Positions 1-10,317 of a stretch of 64,000 nt of DNA are shown here, in pieces. A program made the translations under genes and the position numbers. Numbering within the stretch: position 1 is the stretch's first letter; the number at the start of each line of letters is the position of its first letter. This DNA is from a virus (taxonomy: Duplodnaviria > Caudoviricetes): IMG/VR virus record IMGVR_UViG_3300032227_001336, positions 10,130 through 74,129 of that record. One strand, written 5' to 3'. The notes beneath the pieces were generated by a model, which was not told the DNA's origin, did not search any database, and saw nothing but the letters and a program-made list of their open reading frames with translations.

Positions 1-84
1 AAATCTTTACAAGATAACTTACAAGTAGATCAAATAATTTATAAAAAAGCACCAATTAGTTTTTCTTGGAAAATTGTAAATTAA
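1..84 (+). CDS. 3' end of a convergent ORF entering from the left edge (partial)
   Basis: Frame 1 is open from base 1 (KSLQDNLQVDQIIYKKAPISFSWKIVN) to TAA at 82-84, sharing TTAA with the tape-measure stop. Confidence 0.4.
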   Translation, partial: KSLQDNLQVDQIIYKKAPISFSWKIVN

Positions 85-3000
85 TTTTTCATTGTATACT
101 TGCTACTACTTAACATTCCGCCTGGTCTTTGCTCGGTATTTAAAACCTTAAGAACTTCAGATTTAATTCTATCTGATAATTTTCTATTTTTCTCTAATTC
201 ATCTCTTCGATCTTGATCAGTTGTAATTTTATCGTTTGATTGATTATTTGCGGTACTAGTTTCAACAGACGAACTCTTATCTATATTTACTGTTATATTA
301 ATATTATTAGTATTTGATACCGAAGATTGAGTTTCTGATTGATTTAATCCTGCGTTTTGATTTCCTACTGATCCTCCATCTGCAAATTTACTTATTCTTC
401 CAGAATTTAATGAATCAAAAAATCCTTTACCATACCTATTAACCGTATCTTTATTAACGACATATTCTCCATCCATTAATAGTGCTGGCACATTATCTTT
501 ATATGGCGAACCACCTTTAGCATACCCTTTTCTAATAGTTGGAGTAGTTCCTCTTAATCCATAATTATTTGCTTGATTTGGTGGGCCGAATTTCATGCTT
601 CCAGCAGAATAATCTCCACCAGCCCAATTCGCCCATCCTTGATTTGATGTTCCACCAAATATACTTGAAAATCCTTGTTTGAGAGCTGGAATACCATATT
701 GACTTAATAGACCACCCCCAACAGCAGTTCCAGCTTGTAATAACGAGCCCCAAAATGCGTTATTTTGTTGCTTGTTATAAGCATCTCTATTTTGTTTATT
801 TAATTGATCTACCCTAGCTTTTTCTTGTCGATTTCTTTCTGCAAGATCTGTAAGATATTGATCATAATTAGAAACTTCATTTTGAAATGTTAATAATCTT
901 TGAACTTTTTCATTTCTTAATTGATTCATTGGATTATTTTCATCTAATATTGCTTGAGGAGATAATCTTGGATCAAAGAAATATGATCCTTCTGTTGGTA
1001 ATCCATATTTAGTTGCACCAGTAGTATAAAAATCATTTAATAAATCTGAAGAAAATGCTCCGCCAGTATCTGTTCTTTGAGATGAAACATCTGAACCAAC
1101 CGATGTCATAGCTATTGGCCAATTATTTACTTTTATCCATTCGTTAGGATCTCCTATTTTTGATCCTACTCCAAATCCTCCTCCGTCAGCTTTTTTAACT
1201 GTTCTTCCACTATTTAAACTATCTAAGAAATCTTTTCCATATTTTTCTACAGCAGCTTTTTTAACTACATATTCTCCTTTGCTTAAATATGCTGGAATAT
1301 CATCTCTTACTCCTGATCCGCCAGTAACATGTCCACCAGTTGCATATCCTTTAATAAATCCACCATTTTTTCTTCCTAATGGACTTTTAAATAAATCACT
1401 AATTCCACCTACAGAGCTAAATACGCTATTAAATATCAAATTAGTTGACATTTCTAATGCTAACTGTTGAATTCTTCTTGATATATTTAAAGCCATTGTA
1501 GTAAATGCATCGCCTACTGTTTGTGTTCCTTCTATAACAGATTGAAATGCGTTATTAAATTCTGATTTAATAGTTCTTGCCGTATCAGAAGCTGTATTAT
1601 TCAAATCCCTCATCACATCTTGGGTTCCATATGCAAATTCATCTTGGAAACTTTCTAATGTATCCATTGGTGTATAATTTCCACCTCGGATTGCTTTTTC
1701 TCTTGCAGCTGCTCTAGCTTGTTTAAATTCATCGCTAAAAGCTGTGCCTTCTCTAAATTTAGCTTCTGCTATTAGACTTTCTACGGTTGCTTCTATTGCA
1801 AAATTTAATTTTGTGATATTATCACCTAAAGTTTTTGTTAATTCTGCTTCTTTTTCTTTATATGTATTTAAAGCTTCTTGTCTTAATGATGTATCAGATA
1901 TAGAAGAACTCATCGCTATTAAACTTTTTTGAGTCATAGCAGCAGAAGTATTTATATCATTAATTGCTGTTTGTAATTGTACAAAAGCCTCATCTGTAAG
2001 TTTGCCACCGTTAGCTACAACTGATGCGCTTGTTTGTTTTAAAGCTTCACCTAATTGTTTTGTATATTTTAATCTTTTTTCTTCATCAACTGTGCCACCA
2101 AAAACTCCAGTCAGACCTTGATTAAAGGCGCCACCTACTACTGCATTAGGTCTAAATTGTTTACCAGTTGTTTGTAAGAAGTCTTCTACTAAACTACCAA
2201 AATCTGCTTGTTGTAAAAGTTTATTTCCAGTATCCCTTACGTTATTATCTTTGTTAAATAAATCAATTAATCTATCTTCTAATTGTAAAAGATTAAATGC
2301 TGTTTTTAATCTTCTCTTTTCTGCAACCGCTAAAGCATCAGATGCATTTGCTAAATTTTTATATATTTTTTCTAATTCTACACCTTTTGATCCAATATCT
2401 AATGGAGATTTTAAAACATTTGTTATCTGATCTTTTAAATCTTTTCCAGTTTGAGGTAAAATTTCTCCAGAAGAAATTAAATTATCTATAAAAGAACTTA
2501 AATTTTTACTAAAATTATCAATCGCAGTTTGACTTCTGGATTCTACTATATTACTTATAGCTCTATTTCTTCGTACTTCAAATGGTTGAGCGCGTCCAGT
2601 TGATATTCTTGCTATTTCTTTTTTAAGTTCTTCATCTGATATTGCTAATTTAGAAGCTGGACCTTTTGCTGTAAATGTCGCAGATGAATCTCTTGCATCA
2701 TCTAATGCGGATTTACTATTAATTAAAATTTCTGTTAATTTATCAAAACTTGACATTACATCTTTATTTTTTGAAATTAAAGCTCCAAGTGATTCACCAC
2801 TTCTAGTAGTCAAAACATTAAATTGTTTAAATACTTCACTAAATTTTTCTGCACTTTTAATATTTTCTGGTTTTAAAGTATTTACAGAATCAATAAATTC
2901 TCTAATTTGTTTAGTAGAAGTTAATGCTGAAGATGCTTTTCCTAACGCTTTTTGTAATTCATTTTCTGATCCACTTGCAATAGCATCTACAATAGATTTT

Positions 3001-6000
3001 CCAATATCTGAATCTGAACTAGCGATTATTCTACTTAAAGCTTCATCTCTTGCTTTTGATGCAGCCTCAAGATTACCTTTTGATTCTCCAGTTCTAATTC
3101 CTCTTGCTGTTTCTCTATTTGTTAAGAATGCTTGTACGTCTTCAGAAAATCTTGCTAAATTAGATGTAGCCTGTTCAGTTAATCTTTGATATTGTTCTGT
3201 TTTATCTTTTAATTGCGAAAAGGCTTTAGTAAGTCCTATTGTTACTCCTATTAAACCTCCTACGGCTGCTCCATATGGGCCAAATATTGCTCCTGTTCCA
3301 GCAAAAGCTGCTGTATCGCTTGCTACTGTTGCTCCAAATTTTACCGCTTTATTTTGTGGAGCAAACTGCTCTAAAGTTTGAGAAACAATTGGAACAGCAA
3401 TACTAGCTAATAATCCTGCATTTTGTAATCTACCAGCAGCCATAGATCTTCTTTGAGCTACGCTATCTAAACTTCCTCGAGCAGCTTCTCCAAATTTCCC
3501 TTGTTGATTCGTTAATTGTTCTAATCTTGCTCTGGCTTTTCCTCCTCCAAAAACTCCAAATGCTCCAGCAGCTTCTTTTTCTAATCCAGATAAATATGTA
3601 GCAAATCTTTCGCTAGATGTTGAAACTTTTGTAAATAAATTTTTTACTTTTTGAGTACTTTGAGCTGTTAATTGATATGATTGAGCAATTATTCCAGCTT
3701 CTTTTTCTGCTGTAGCGAGATCAATTTCCTGTGCTTTTAGTCTTTTGGAGATTCTAGCTAAATCTTTAGCAACTTCATTAGATAATATAGAAATATCTTT
3801 TACAGCCATTCCGCTTACTGCAGATTGTTCAAATTGAATATTTTGTGCTGCAAAATTAGGTACGAATCCGAAAGCTGCACCAGCTTTTTTTGCAGAAGAT
3901 ATTGATGAATATCTTGAAATTCCTTGATTTAATCCTTGTGGTTCATCTTGAGTATTATAAACCCCTAAACCCAATGGATTACTTGATGCCATTAATTTGT
4001 TATTTTGACCAATTCTAATTCTTGAGTTTGGTACACCAGCCGATATTTCTCTAGATACGGCTTGTTGTAATGCTGAAAAATTAGGTATAAATCCTGAAGC
4101 TGCTGTTCTTGGCTTTGGCAATAGAGGTCTAGTAGTAGCGTCTCTATATGCTTTATCAATAATTTCTCTTGCTTGTTCGCTTGTAATTGTTCTTTTTGCA
4201 TCTGCTCTTAAAACTGGTGGAGAAAATCCAAATTTAGAATTAAATGCATTCGTTGGTGGACTTGATTCTTCAAAATCAAATGGTTTTTGAGCAGTATTTT
4301 GATCAAAAGCTTTTTCCAAAGCCCCTCCACGTTTAGTACCTAAATTTACAGCTGCTTCAAAAATTGATCCTTCAGTTCCTGCTGGAAAAAGATTAACTCC
4401 AGCCTTTCTATTATTAGATGCAAGTAGAGATTTAAATTTAGGATCTGGACTTAAAGGCCCAAAAATATCATTTGCAAGTTGAGCGAGCGGATCAACAAAT
4501 AATTTATTGATTGCTGTAGAAAAAGAATTTTTATCTTGAATTTCACTATTTTTTAAATCTTCAAGAGTTCTAGCTTGTATTCCTTCAAATTTTACAGATC
4601 TTGGATCTTTTGTATAACCTAATGTGCTAAATGCAGTTTGAGCATCTATAGATCCTCTTCTTCCACCAACTCCAACTATTCCAAATTCACTCGCTGGCAC
4701 AACAACTACTTCGCCTTGACTAGCTTTTGTTCCTGCCATTTTACCATTTTTAATTGCATCGACTTCTTTTTGAACTTCTGGAGTTATTTTATAACCTCTA
4801 GATTTTATAAAAGCATCTATATTTTGTCCCTTAGCTTCAGTAAATAAACTTTGTGCAATTTGTAAACTATTTTTAGCAAAATTAGGTATAAATCCACTAC
4901 TAGCATATGGATTAAATCCATGAATAGAAGAGAATTGATTTTGGTAATTTTTTCCAGCTTTGCTTTGTGATGGAGGCATAATTGCTGGTTGAGATAATCC
5001 TGGAAATTTTTTAACAGTTTCTGCTGAATTATAAACAGTTTTTCCTACGCCAGAGATATTCATTTCTTTTATTTTTCCTGGTTTGTATCCACCAGATAAT
5101 GCGCCAGAAATTTCTGACATAGCATATGATGGTATAAATCCAGAGTTTGCCGTGGTAACTTGTCCACCTTTTACAGAAACTCCTCTTCTTACTAATCCAC
5201 CTGTGATAGTAGATGATAAACTAGAAGCTTGTGCTCTTACGGCGTTTTGTTCTTTTAATATTTGTAATATTTTATTTTCTACACTTAAGACTCCAATTTG
5301 TTTGCTTGCAATTGCTGCTAATAAAGTTGGTTCCTGGGTTAAGACTTGATTAATTTTATTTTGTAATTGTAATCTACTTTCTGCTGCTTGATTTATTCCT
5401 AATAAAGTTTTAACAGAAGCTGCTGCGAATTGTCCTAAGTTTAGCAATAATTTTCCTAGAACTGCTGTAATTAAAACTACTCCTGGCCCAGATATAAAAG
5501 AAGAAATTCCATTTAATATTCCTTGTCCAATTTTAGATCCAACACTCTCAGTATCTTGATTATTAATCATCTCTAAAAGACCATTAACATTTTTTAGTGT
5601 TCCTTCTATCGCTGGTTGAAATGCTCCTGCTCCAACAGTTGCGCCTAATTGAGCTACATTATTTATAGTTCTATTAAATAAAGCAGCTAATGTCTCATTT
5701 AATGCTTGATTTCTTTTAAGAGCTTGATCTGTTGCAGATGTAGCGGTATTTAAAGCATTTTGATAAATTGAATATTCTTTACCCAAATCTCCTAATGCTG
5801 CTTTCAAAATATTTATTTGGAAAACTCCACCAACAGTTTCTGCTACTTGAGATTTTTGTGCATCAGATAAAGTATCAAATGTTGTACTTAATTGTTTTAA
5901 AATTTGTATTGCTGGTAAAGTATTACCTTCTAAATCTCTTACTCCAATTCCTAAAGCTTGTAATTGAGATAATACTTCTGGTCTTTCTATTCTTGTAAAA

Positions 6001-6758
6001 ATAGTTTTAAGTGAATTACCTATTACTGCTCCACCTCTAGCAGTGGTTTGTTGAACACTTGTAACAACAGCTAATAATTCATCAAATCCAACTCCTGCGT
6101 CTTGAGCAGAAGTTCCTACTCGTTTGATCGCTTCAGCCAAATCAGCAGAACTAACTGCGAAAGATGCATCAACATTAGCTAATTTATTAACAATTACTGT
6201 AGAATCTAAAGCTGTTTTATTAAAACTGTTTATTGTAGCCGTTAAAGCTTCAACGCTACTAATGGTATCTAATCCACTTAATCTAGTAAGAATAAGAGCA
6301 TCTCTTGTTCTTTTTAAAGTCTCTTCTACTCCTAAACCTTGACGAGCTAATTCTGTAGCTGCTGCAGCTACTTCATTAAACCCTTGTCCAGTGCTTTTAG
6401 CTATATCAAATAAATCGGCTCCAAATTTAGCTAGACCGCTAGTTGTTGTATTTAAAATAACATTAATATCAGTTAATGATTTTTGTACATTAACTGTAGT
6501 TTTAATTAATTCTACAAAAGCTTTTTCTACAGTATATATTACTCCTGCACTAGCGCCGAATGCAATAACACGAGCATTTGATGCATCTAATGATTTTTGG
6601 AATTCATTTGCTGCACCAGTGATTCTACCAAGAGGTTGAGTAAAGGCCTTTTCATTCAATCCTTTGAATTTAAAATCTCTCGATAAGGCGCTCTGAATAT
6701 CTCTTTCGAGTTGCCTTGTATCTGCACCTACTGAAATTGTAGCGGAAGTCCTAGCCAT
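81..6758 (-). CDS. Tail tape measure protein
   Basis: 2225 aa, Ala/Leu/Gln-rich and helical; TP901-type TMP core (ELARQG..., IGNSLKTIF.R); C-terminal GG.V.GGSG.RDD(I/V)PA.L..GEYVV motifs; downstream of tail tube and chaperones. Confidence 0.92.
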   Translation of the reverse strand: MARTSATISVGADTRQLERDIQSALSRDFKFKGLNEKAFTQPLGRITGAANEFQKSLDASNARVIAFGASAGVIYTVEKAFVELIKTTVNVQKSLTDINVILNTTTSGLAKFGADLFDIAKSTGQGFNEVAAAATELARQGLGVEETLKRTRDALILTRLSGLDTISSVEALTATINSFNKTALDSTVIVNKLANVDASFAVSSADLAEAIKRVGTSAQDAGVGFDELLAVVTSVQQTTARGGAVIGNSLKTIFTRIERPEVLSQLQALGIGVRDLEGNTLPAIQILKQLSTTFDTLSDAQKSQVAETVGGVFQINILKAALGDLGKEYSIYQNALNTATSATDQALKRNQALNETLAALFNRTINNVAQLGATVGAGAFQPAIEGTLKNVNGLLEMINNQDTESVGSKIGQGILNGISSFISGPGVVLITAVLGKLLLNLGQFAAASVKTLLGINQAAESRLQLQNKINQVLTQEPTLLAAIASKQIGVLSVENKILQILKEQNAVRAQASSLSSTITGGLVRRGVSVKGGQVTTANSGFIPSYAMSEISGALSGGYKPGKIKEMNISGVGKTVYNSAETVKKFPGLSQPAIMPPSQSKAGKNYQNQFSSIHGFNPYASSGFIPNFAKNSLQIAQSLFTEAKGQNIDAFIKSRGYKITPEVQKEVDAIKNGKMAGTKASQGEVVVVPASEFGIVGVGGRRGSIDAQTAFSTLGYTKDPRSVKFEGIQARTLEDLKNSEIQDKNSFSTAINKLFVDPLAQLANDIFGPLSPDPKFKSLLASNNRKAGVNLFPAGTEGSIFEAAVNLGTKRGGALEKAFDQNTAQKPFDFEESSPPTNAFNSKFGFSPPVLRADAKRTITSEQAREIIDKAYRDATTRPLLPKPRTAASGFIPNFSALQQAVSREISAGVPNSRIRIGQNNKLMASSNPLGLGVYNTQDEPQGLNQGISRYSSISSAKKAGAAFGFVPNFAAQNIQFEQSAVSGMAVKDISILSNEVAKDLARISKRLKAQEIDLATAEKEAGIIAQSYQLTAQSTQKVKNLFTKVSTSSERFATYLSGLEKEAAGAFGVFGGGKARARLEQLTNQQGKFGEAARGSLDSVAQRRSMAAGRLQNAGLLASIAVPIVSQTLEQFAPQNKAVKFGATVASDTAAFAGTGAIFGPYGAAVGGLIGVTIGLTKAFSQLKDKTEQYQRLTEQATSNLARFSEDVQAFLTNRETARGIRTGESKGNLEAASKARDEALSRIIASSDSDIGKSIVDAIASGSENELQKALGKASSALTSTKQIREFIDSVNTLKPENIKSAEKFSEVFKQFNVLTTRSGESLGALISKNKDVMSSFDKLTEILINSKSALDDARDSSATFTAKGPASKLAISDEELKKEIARISTGRAQPFEVRRNRAISNIVESRSQTAIDNFSKNLSSFIDNLISSGEILPQTGKDLKDQITNVLKSPLDIGSKGVELEKIYKNLANASDALAVAEKRRLKTAFNLLQLEDRLIDLFNKDNNVRDTGNKLLQQADFGSLVEDFLQTTGKQFRPNAVVGGAFNQGLTGVFGGTVDEEKRLKYTKQLGEALKQTSASVVANGGKLTDEAFVQLQTAINDINTSAAMTQKSLIAMSSSISDTSLRQEALNTYKEKEAELTKTLGDNITKLNFAIEATVESLIAEAKFREGTAFSDEFKQARAAAREKAIRGGNYTPMDTLESFQDEFAYGTQDVMRDLNNTASDTARTIKSEFNNAFQSVIEGTQTVGDAFTTMALNISRRIQQLALEMSTNLIFNSVFSSVGGISDLFKSPLGRKNGGFIKGYATGGHVTGGSGVRDDIPAYLSKGEYVVKKAAVEKYGKDFLDSLNSGRTVKKADGGGFGVGSKIGDPNEWIKVNNWPIAMTSVGSDVSSQRTDTGGAFSSDLLNDFYTTGATKYGLPTEGSYFFDPRLSPQAILDENNPMNQLRNEKVQRLLTFQNEVSNYDQYLTDLAERNRQEKARVDQLNKQNRDAYNKQQNNAFWGSLLQAGTAVGGGLLSQYGIPALKQGFSSIFGGTSNQGWANWAGGDYSAGSMKFGPPNQANNYGLRGTTPTIRKGYAKGGSPYKDNVPALLMDGEYVVNKDTVNRYGKGFFDSLNSGRISKFADGGSVGNQNAGLNQSETQSSVSNTNNINITVNIDKSSSVETSTANNQSNDKITTDQDRRDELEKNRKLSDRIKSEVLKVLNTEQRPGGMLSSSKYTMKN

Positions 6759-6782
6759 GCCTTATTCCTTTACTACAATATA

Positions 6783-6788
6783 TTACAC
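6783..6788 (-). promoter_or_regulatory. GTGTAA putative late promoter element (tape measure)
   Basis: TTACAC on + strand, 24 nt upstream of ATG; AAGGA SD in between. Confidence 0.65.
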
Positions 6789-6810
6789 AAATATTAACTA
6801 TTATAGTATA

Positions 6811-7809
6811 TTATATCCCATGTAATTTCATTAAATCTTGCATACTTAAATTTCCACCACGTTTCTTAGCCTCTTCTATTAAACTTATTCCACCTTCTTG
6901 CTTTACCCCTGCTTTTTCAAGGTCTTCTTTTGAAGCGCCAACGATTGATGTGGCCATTACTCCATCGTTTTTAGATACATTTTTAGATGTTTTATCTAAT
7001 AATTCTTCTATATTTTTAGCACTTTCCAACCATTCAATTAGCTTATCTGGATCTTCAAAATATTCATCTGGTGGTTTATTCTTAGCATTTTCAAGTTGAT
7101 TTTTGAAATATCTTGCATATCCATATATATCAATTTGATATAAAGTTAAATATATTACTGGCTTACCAAATAAATTATAAATATTATCTCCACCTAAATT
7201 AAATAAACTTAAGAAAGTAGGAGAAAGGGCTATTTTTCGTAAATTTAATTCAGAAAAATTATCAGTTACTATATTATATATACCGATAATATCAGAAATA
7301 TCTGTATTTTCTAAATCTTCAAATTCTTCATTGGAAAAAAAGCTTCCATTTAAGTCTTTATCTTTAAATAAAGATATAAACATGCAATATTCATTTATTT
7401 TTTTATTAGCATAGTCTTCTGCGGTAAATCCAATTAGATCTTTCTTTTCAGCTTTTAATTTTAATAAATTTAATTCATTTTGATTTATTTGATTATTTAT
7501 ATTTTTTAAATCTTCGTTTTTGAACATTTTAGACTTGTTCTTTTTTAGAGTCTTAATATATGTCGTTATAGACTGTATTTCTTTATTACGGTCTTCAGAC
7601 CATAAATTTTCTTTTAATATATACTTTTCTTGCTCTTCTAACGAGGGAAGTTTTTGATTAATTGCTCTTTGGTAGATTTCTTCTTTTTTTAAGTTTATAT
7701 TACCGATGCTTAAGTTATCAAAATGTTTTATATAAACTGGTTGTTTTTTATAATACGCTTTTGAATAACCATTTAAAATATCTGTTAATGTATTTGTATT
7801 CTTAAGCAC
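6811..7809 (-). CDS. Putative tail assembly chaperone (GT-like position)
   Basis: 332-aa charged helical ORF immediately upstream of TMP; GTG start overlaps previous stop. Confidence 0.55.
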   Translation of the reverse strand: MLKNTNTLTDILNGYSKAYYKKQPVYIKHFDNLSIGNINLKKEEIYQRAINQKLPSLEEQEKYILKENLWSEDRNKEIQSITTYIKTLKKNKSKMFKNEDLKNINNQINQNELNLLKLKAEKKDLIGFTAEDYANKKINEYCMFISLFKDKDLNGSFFSNEEFEDLENTDISDIIGIYNIVTDNFSELNLRKIALSPTFLSLFNLGGDNIYNLFGKPVIYLTLYQIDIYGYARYFKNQLENAKNKPPDEYFEDPDKLIEWLESAKNIEELLDKTSKNVSKNDGVMATSIVGASKEDLEKAGVKQEGGISLIEEAKKRGGNLSMQDLMKLHGI

Positions 7810-8554
7810 CGTTTTCTTTATTTTCTATTTCAAATAGTTTTTCAAATTCTTCTACAGTAGAGGCTCTTCCCATATACCAAAAACTAACAAAAAGAACTAA
7901 TTTTTTAATTAATTTTTCAAAAAAACTATCAGTCATTTCTTCTAATTTGTCATATACCATAATTCTATCTTCAAAAGATCCTTCTCCGAATATAGGAACT
8001 AGATTTCCATTTTCGTCTTCTTGATGACTCAAATTCAATACCCACCACATGATAGTCTTATTTCTAGCTCTATTTTCTGCTGTTTGATCAAATAAACTAG
8101 CTTGTGCAAATTCATAATCTTGGATTTTTTCTCTTATTTCTGTAATTTGTTTTATTAAGGATTTATATTCTGCATTCTCTTCTTCAGAACGGTCCTTATC
8201 TTCTTTTAAAGAAATCTTTTGAAAATCATTTTGAAGTTCAAATATTTTCATATAGAGTTTAGTATACTCTTCTTTATCGATTTCACTAAATACTCCACCA
8301 TCATTAGTAAATCTTTTTGATAAAAGTGCTCTAGTCAATAATCCAGCTTTAATACCTTCAGATAATCTAACGCCATAAAATAATTCAGCTTCATCAAATA
8401 ATAGTCTTGTTGGTTTTTTAATGACAATTTTTTGAGGTATTTGTTTTTTTATAGTTTTTGTAACTGATATTTCTTCACCATTTTCATTTTTTTCACTTAT
8501 GGTTTCTTTGAGTTCTACTTCTTTATTTAATGTGAATTCGTATAATTTTTTCAT
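7802..8554 (-). CDS. Putative tail assembly chaperone (G-like position)
   Basis: 250-aa acidic/basic ORF between tail tube and TMP. Confidence 0.55.
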   Translation of the reverse strand: MKKLYEFTLNKEVELKETISEKNENGEEISVTKTIKKQIPQKIVIKKPTRLLFDEAELFYGVRLSEGIKAGLLTRALLSKRFTNDGGVFSEIDKEEYTKLYMKIFELQNDFQKISLKEDKDRSEEENAEYKSLIKQITEIREKIQDYEFAQASLFDQTAENRARNKTIMWWVLNLSHQEDENGNLVPIFGEGSFEDRIMVYDKLEEMTDSFFEKLIKKLVLFVSFWYMGRASTVEEFEKLFEIENKENGA

Positions 8555-8820
8555 ATAGTTTCCTTATTTTCTATTTTTTCTAAAAAACTTTTAATCTTTT
8601 TATAACTAGCAGGACCACCTATAGTTTTAATAAACTTGTTCTTTTTGTTTTCATCCCAGCATTGATAATTTTTAACAAAATTGGGATTTGAGAATATTTT
8701 TAATGTAGGATTTAAAATACCAAAATCATTTTTTAATGATCTTTGTATTGATTGAAGATTCAAATTACTTTCAATAATTTGTTCTGCAGAAAAAACAAAG
8801 CTTAATTTTGTGGATTTCAT
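8551..8820 (-). CDS. Hypothetical protein
   Basis: 89-aa ORF with 4-nt overlaps to both neighbours. Confidence 0.7.
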   Translation of the reverse strand: MKSTKLSFVFSAEQIIESNLNLQSIQRSLKNDFGILNPTLKIFSNPNFVKNYQCWDENKKNKFIKTIGGPASYKKIKSFLEKIENKETI

Positions 8821-9041
8821 TTTAATGTAATATTTAATTTATTGAAATTTTCTTCTAGTTCTCTTACTGCATCGTTAGCATTATCAAGTACTCTTTTTCT
8901 GATTTTTTGATAAGTTTCATCACTTATATTATATCCAGAATCAGATAAATCTTCAAGAATAAAAAAGAAATTCTTGTATATACTTGTAATTTTCCTCTTT
9001 ATCTGAAAAAGAGTCATGTCTTTTATAGGATCATTTTCCAT
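8817..9041 (-). CDS. Hypothetical protein
   Basis: 74-aa ORF; AAGG leader and GTGTAA at 9081-9086. Confidence 0.75.
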   Translation of the reverse strand: MENDPIKDMTLFQIKRKITSIYKNFFFILEDLSDSGYNISDETYQKIRKRVLDNANDAVRELEENFNKLNITLK

Positions 9042-9087
9042 AATCTTTTACCTTTATTTAACCTTTAACCTTACAATACATTACACC

Positions 9088-9122
9088 AAAAAATAACCCC
9101 CGCAGAACGCGAGGGTTATTTT
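9088..9122 (-). terminator. Intrinsic terminator after tail tube gene
   Basis: Minus strand AATAACCCTCGC-GTTCT-GCGGGGGTTATT stem followed by T-run. Confidence 0.8.
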
Positions 9123-9144
9123 AATTTAATAATTTAATTATTTA

Positions 9145-10260
9145 TTAATATAAGCCACTAATAAACAAGCCATTAACTGTGTCTTGCGGTCCACCAACTT
9201 GTGAACTAAAGTTCAATGTAACGGATTTGTTTGAGCCGATATCAGAACTAAATTCTTGACTATCTAATTTAGCTCTTCTTAGATCAAATTGAGCGACTGT
9301 TACATTTGAGTCTAGTGGGCTCTTGATAGTAATAATTGGATTATAGAAGGTTGAACTATCATTAACTACTAAATTTTGTAGTGTTCCAGTTGAGATATCT
9401 GTTACTTGTGCGTCTACGCTCAAATTAACAGTAAGTGGGAAGTCGATTTCACGAGCAAATGCGAATTTACTTCCTAATCTTTCAATTGGAGTACGAGCTA
9501 AGTCAAAGTTTAGTGTGTAGCTTTGAATGTTGAATGTTGAACTATCTGCTCCTGGAGTTGTTGGCAAGCTTAAAGTAATATCTCCTGGGCGAAGAGCACT
9601 AATTCCAGTTGCATTTGCTCCAGTAGCACTATACTGAGCAGCAACATCTAGAGCGTAGTACTTATCGGTAACAGCTGTTCCAAGACTAGGATTGATAGCT
9701 GGAATATAATTTCCAGTTGTTCCTTGTTGGAATGTCATATTTAAACCTTCAACATTAATTGTTGTGGTTGGGAAATTGCCAACGCTCGCTTCGGTTGAGT
9801 AAGAGGTCATGAAGCCGTTTCCAACTCCAATTACTCCGATGGTTGAACCTGTAGCTGTATTTCCAACTGCATCTGTTCCTTCTGGAGTTGTTTTGATAAA
9901 ATAATTTTTCTCGTCTTGAGTCTTATTTAAAATTCCAGATATAGCAGAAACTGCTGCGGTTGAACCGTTTGTTGATACAGTGAGTCCTAATTCTTTTTCA
10001 TTAGCTAAATTAGCTAGGATGTAACTAAAATCAAGAGCTACAGTTGGTGATGTTAAAATAACACGATCAATTGCTGCCAATTGACCAAATTGATTAACAT
10101 CTGTGCGGTCTACTGTAAAGCTATAATTAGCTGTTTGTACTCTTTGAAGTTGTTGAACTAGATTATCTCCACTATTTCCTAAACTAAAGTGGTTTCCTGT
10201 TGCTGGGGAAGGTCCAACGTAAAGAGCTTCTGATTGATAAATTATACGATTTCTTGCCAT
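9145..10260 (-). CDS. Major tail tube protein
   Basis: 371 aa, beta-rich and Thr/Ser-rich; highly expressed-type codon usage; own terminator; position between neck genes and chaperone/TMP. Confidence 0.75.
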   Translation of the reverse strand: MARNRIIYQSEALYVGPSPATGNHFSLGNSGDNLVQQLQRVQTANYSFTVDRTDVNQFGQLAAIDRVILTSPTVALDFSYILANLANEKELGLTVSTNGSTAAVSAISGILNKTQDEKNYFIKTTPEGTDAVGNTATGSTIGVIGVGNGFMTSYSTEASVGNFPTTTINVEGLNMTFQQGTTGNYIPAINPSLGTAVTDKYYALDVAAQYSATGANATGISALRPGDITLSLPTTPGADSSTFNIQSYTLNFDLARTPIERLGSKFAFAREIDFPLTVNLSVDAQVTDISTGTLQNLVVNDSSTFYNPIITIKSPLDSNVTVAQFDLRRAKLDSQEFSSDIGSNKSVTLNFSSQVGGPQDTVNGLFISGLY

Positions 10261-10317
10261 ATTATTGTTTCTCCATTTTCTGTTATTACACCTATTTTTT
10301 AACTTTTTTTCTAATTT

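Noticed and set aside
565-6639. Short ORFs overlapping the TMP, and similar antisense ORFs elsewhere (e.g. 13833, 31787, 33360, 35418, 51216, 54922)
   Set aside because: They are shadows of long coding genes, with no start signals or recognisable motifs
7790-7830. Programmed -1 frameshift between the two tail-chaperone ORFs
   Set aside because: The downstream ORF is in the +1 frame, has a TAG five codons before its GTG, and no X XXY YYZ slippery heptamer is evident. Translational coupling is simpler, though a +1/-2 shift cannot be excluded.
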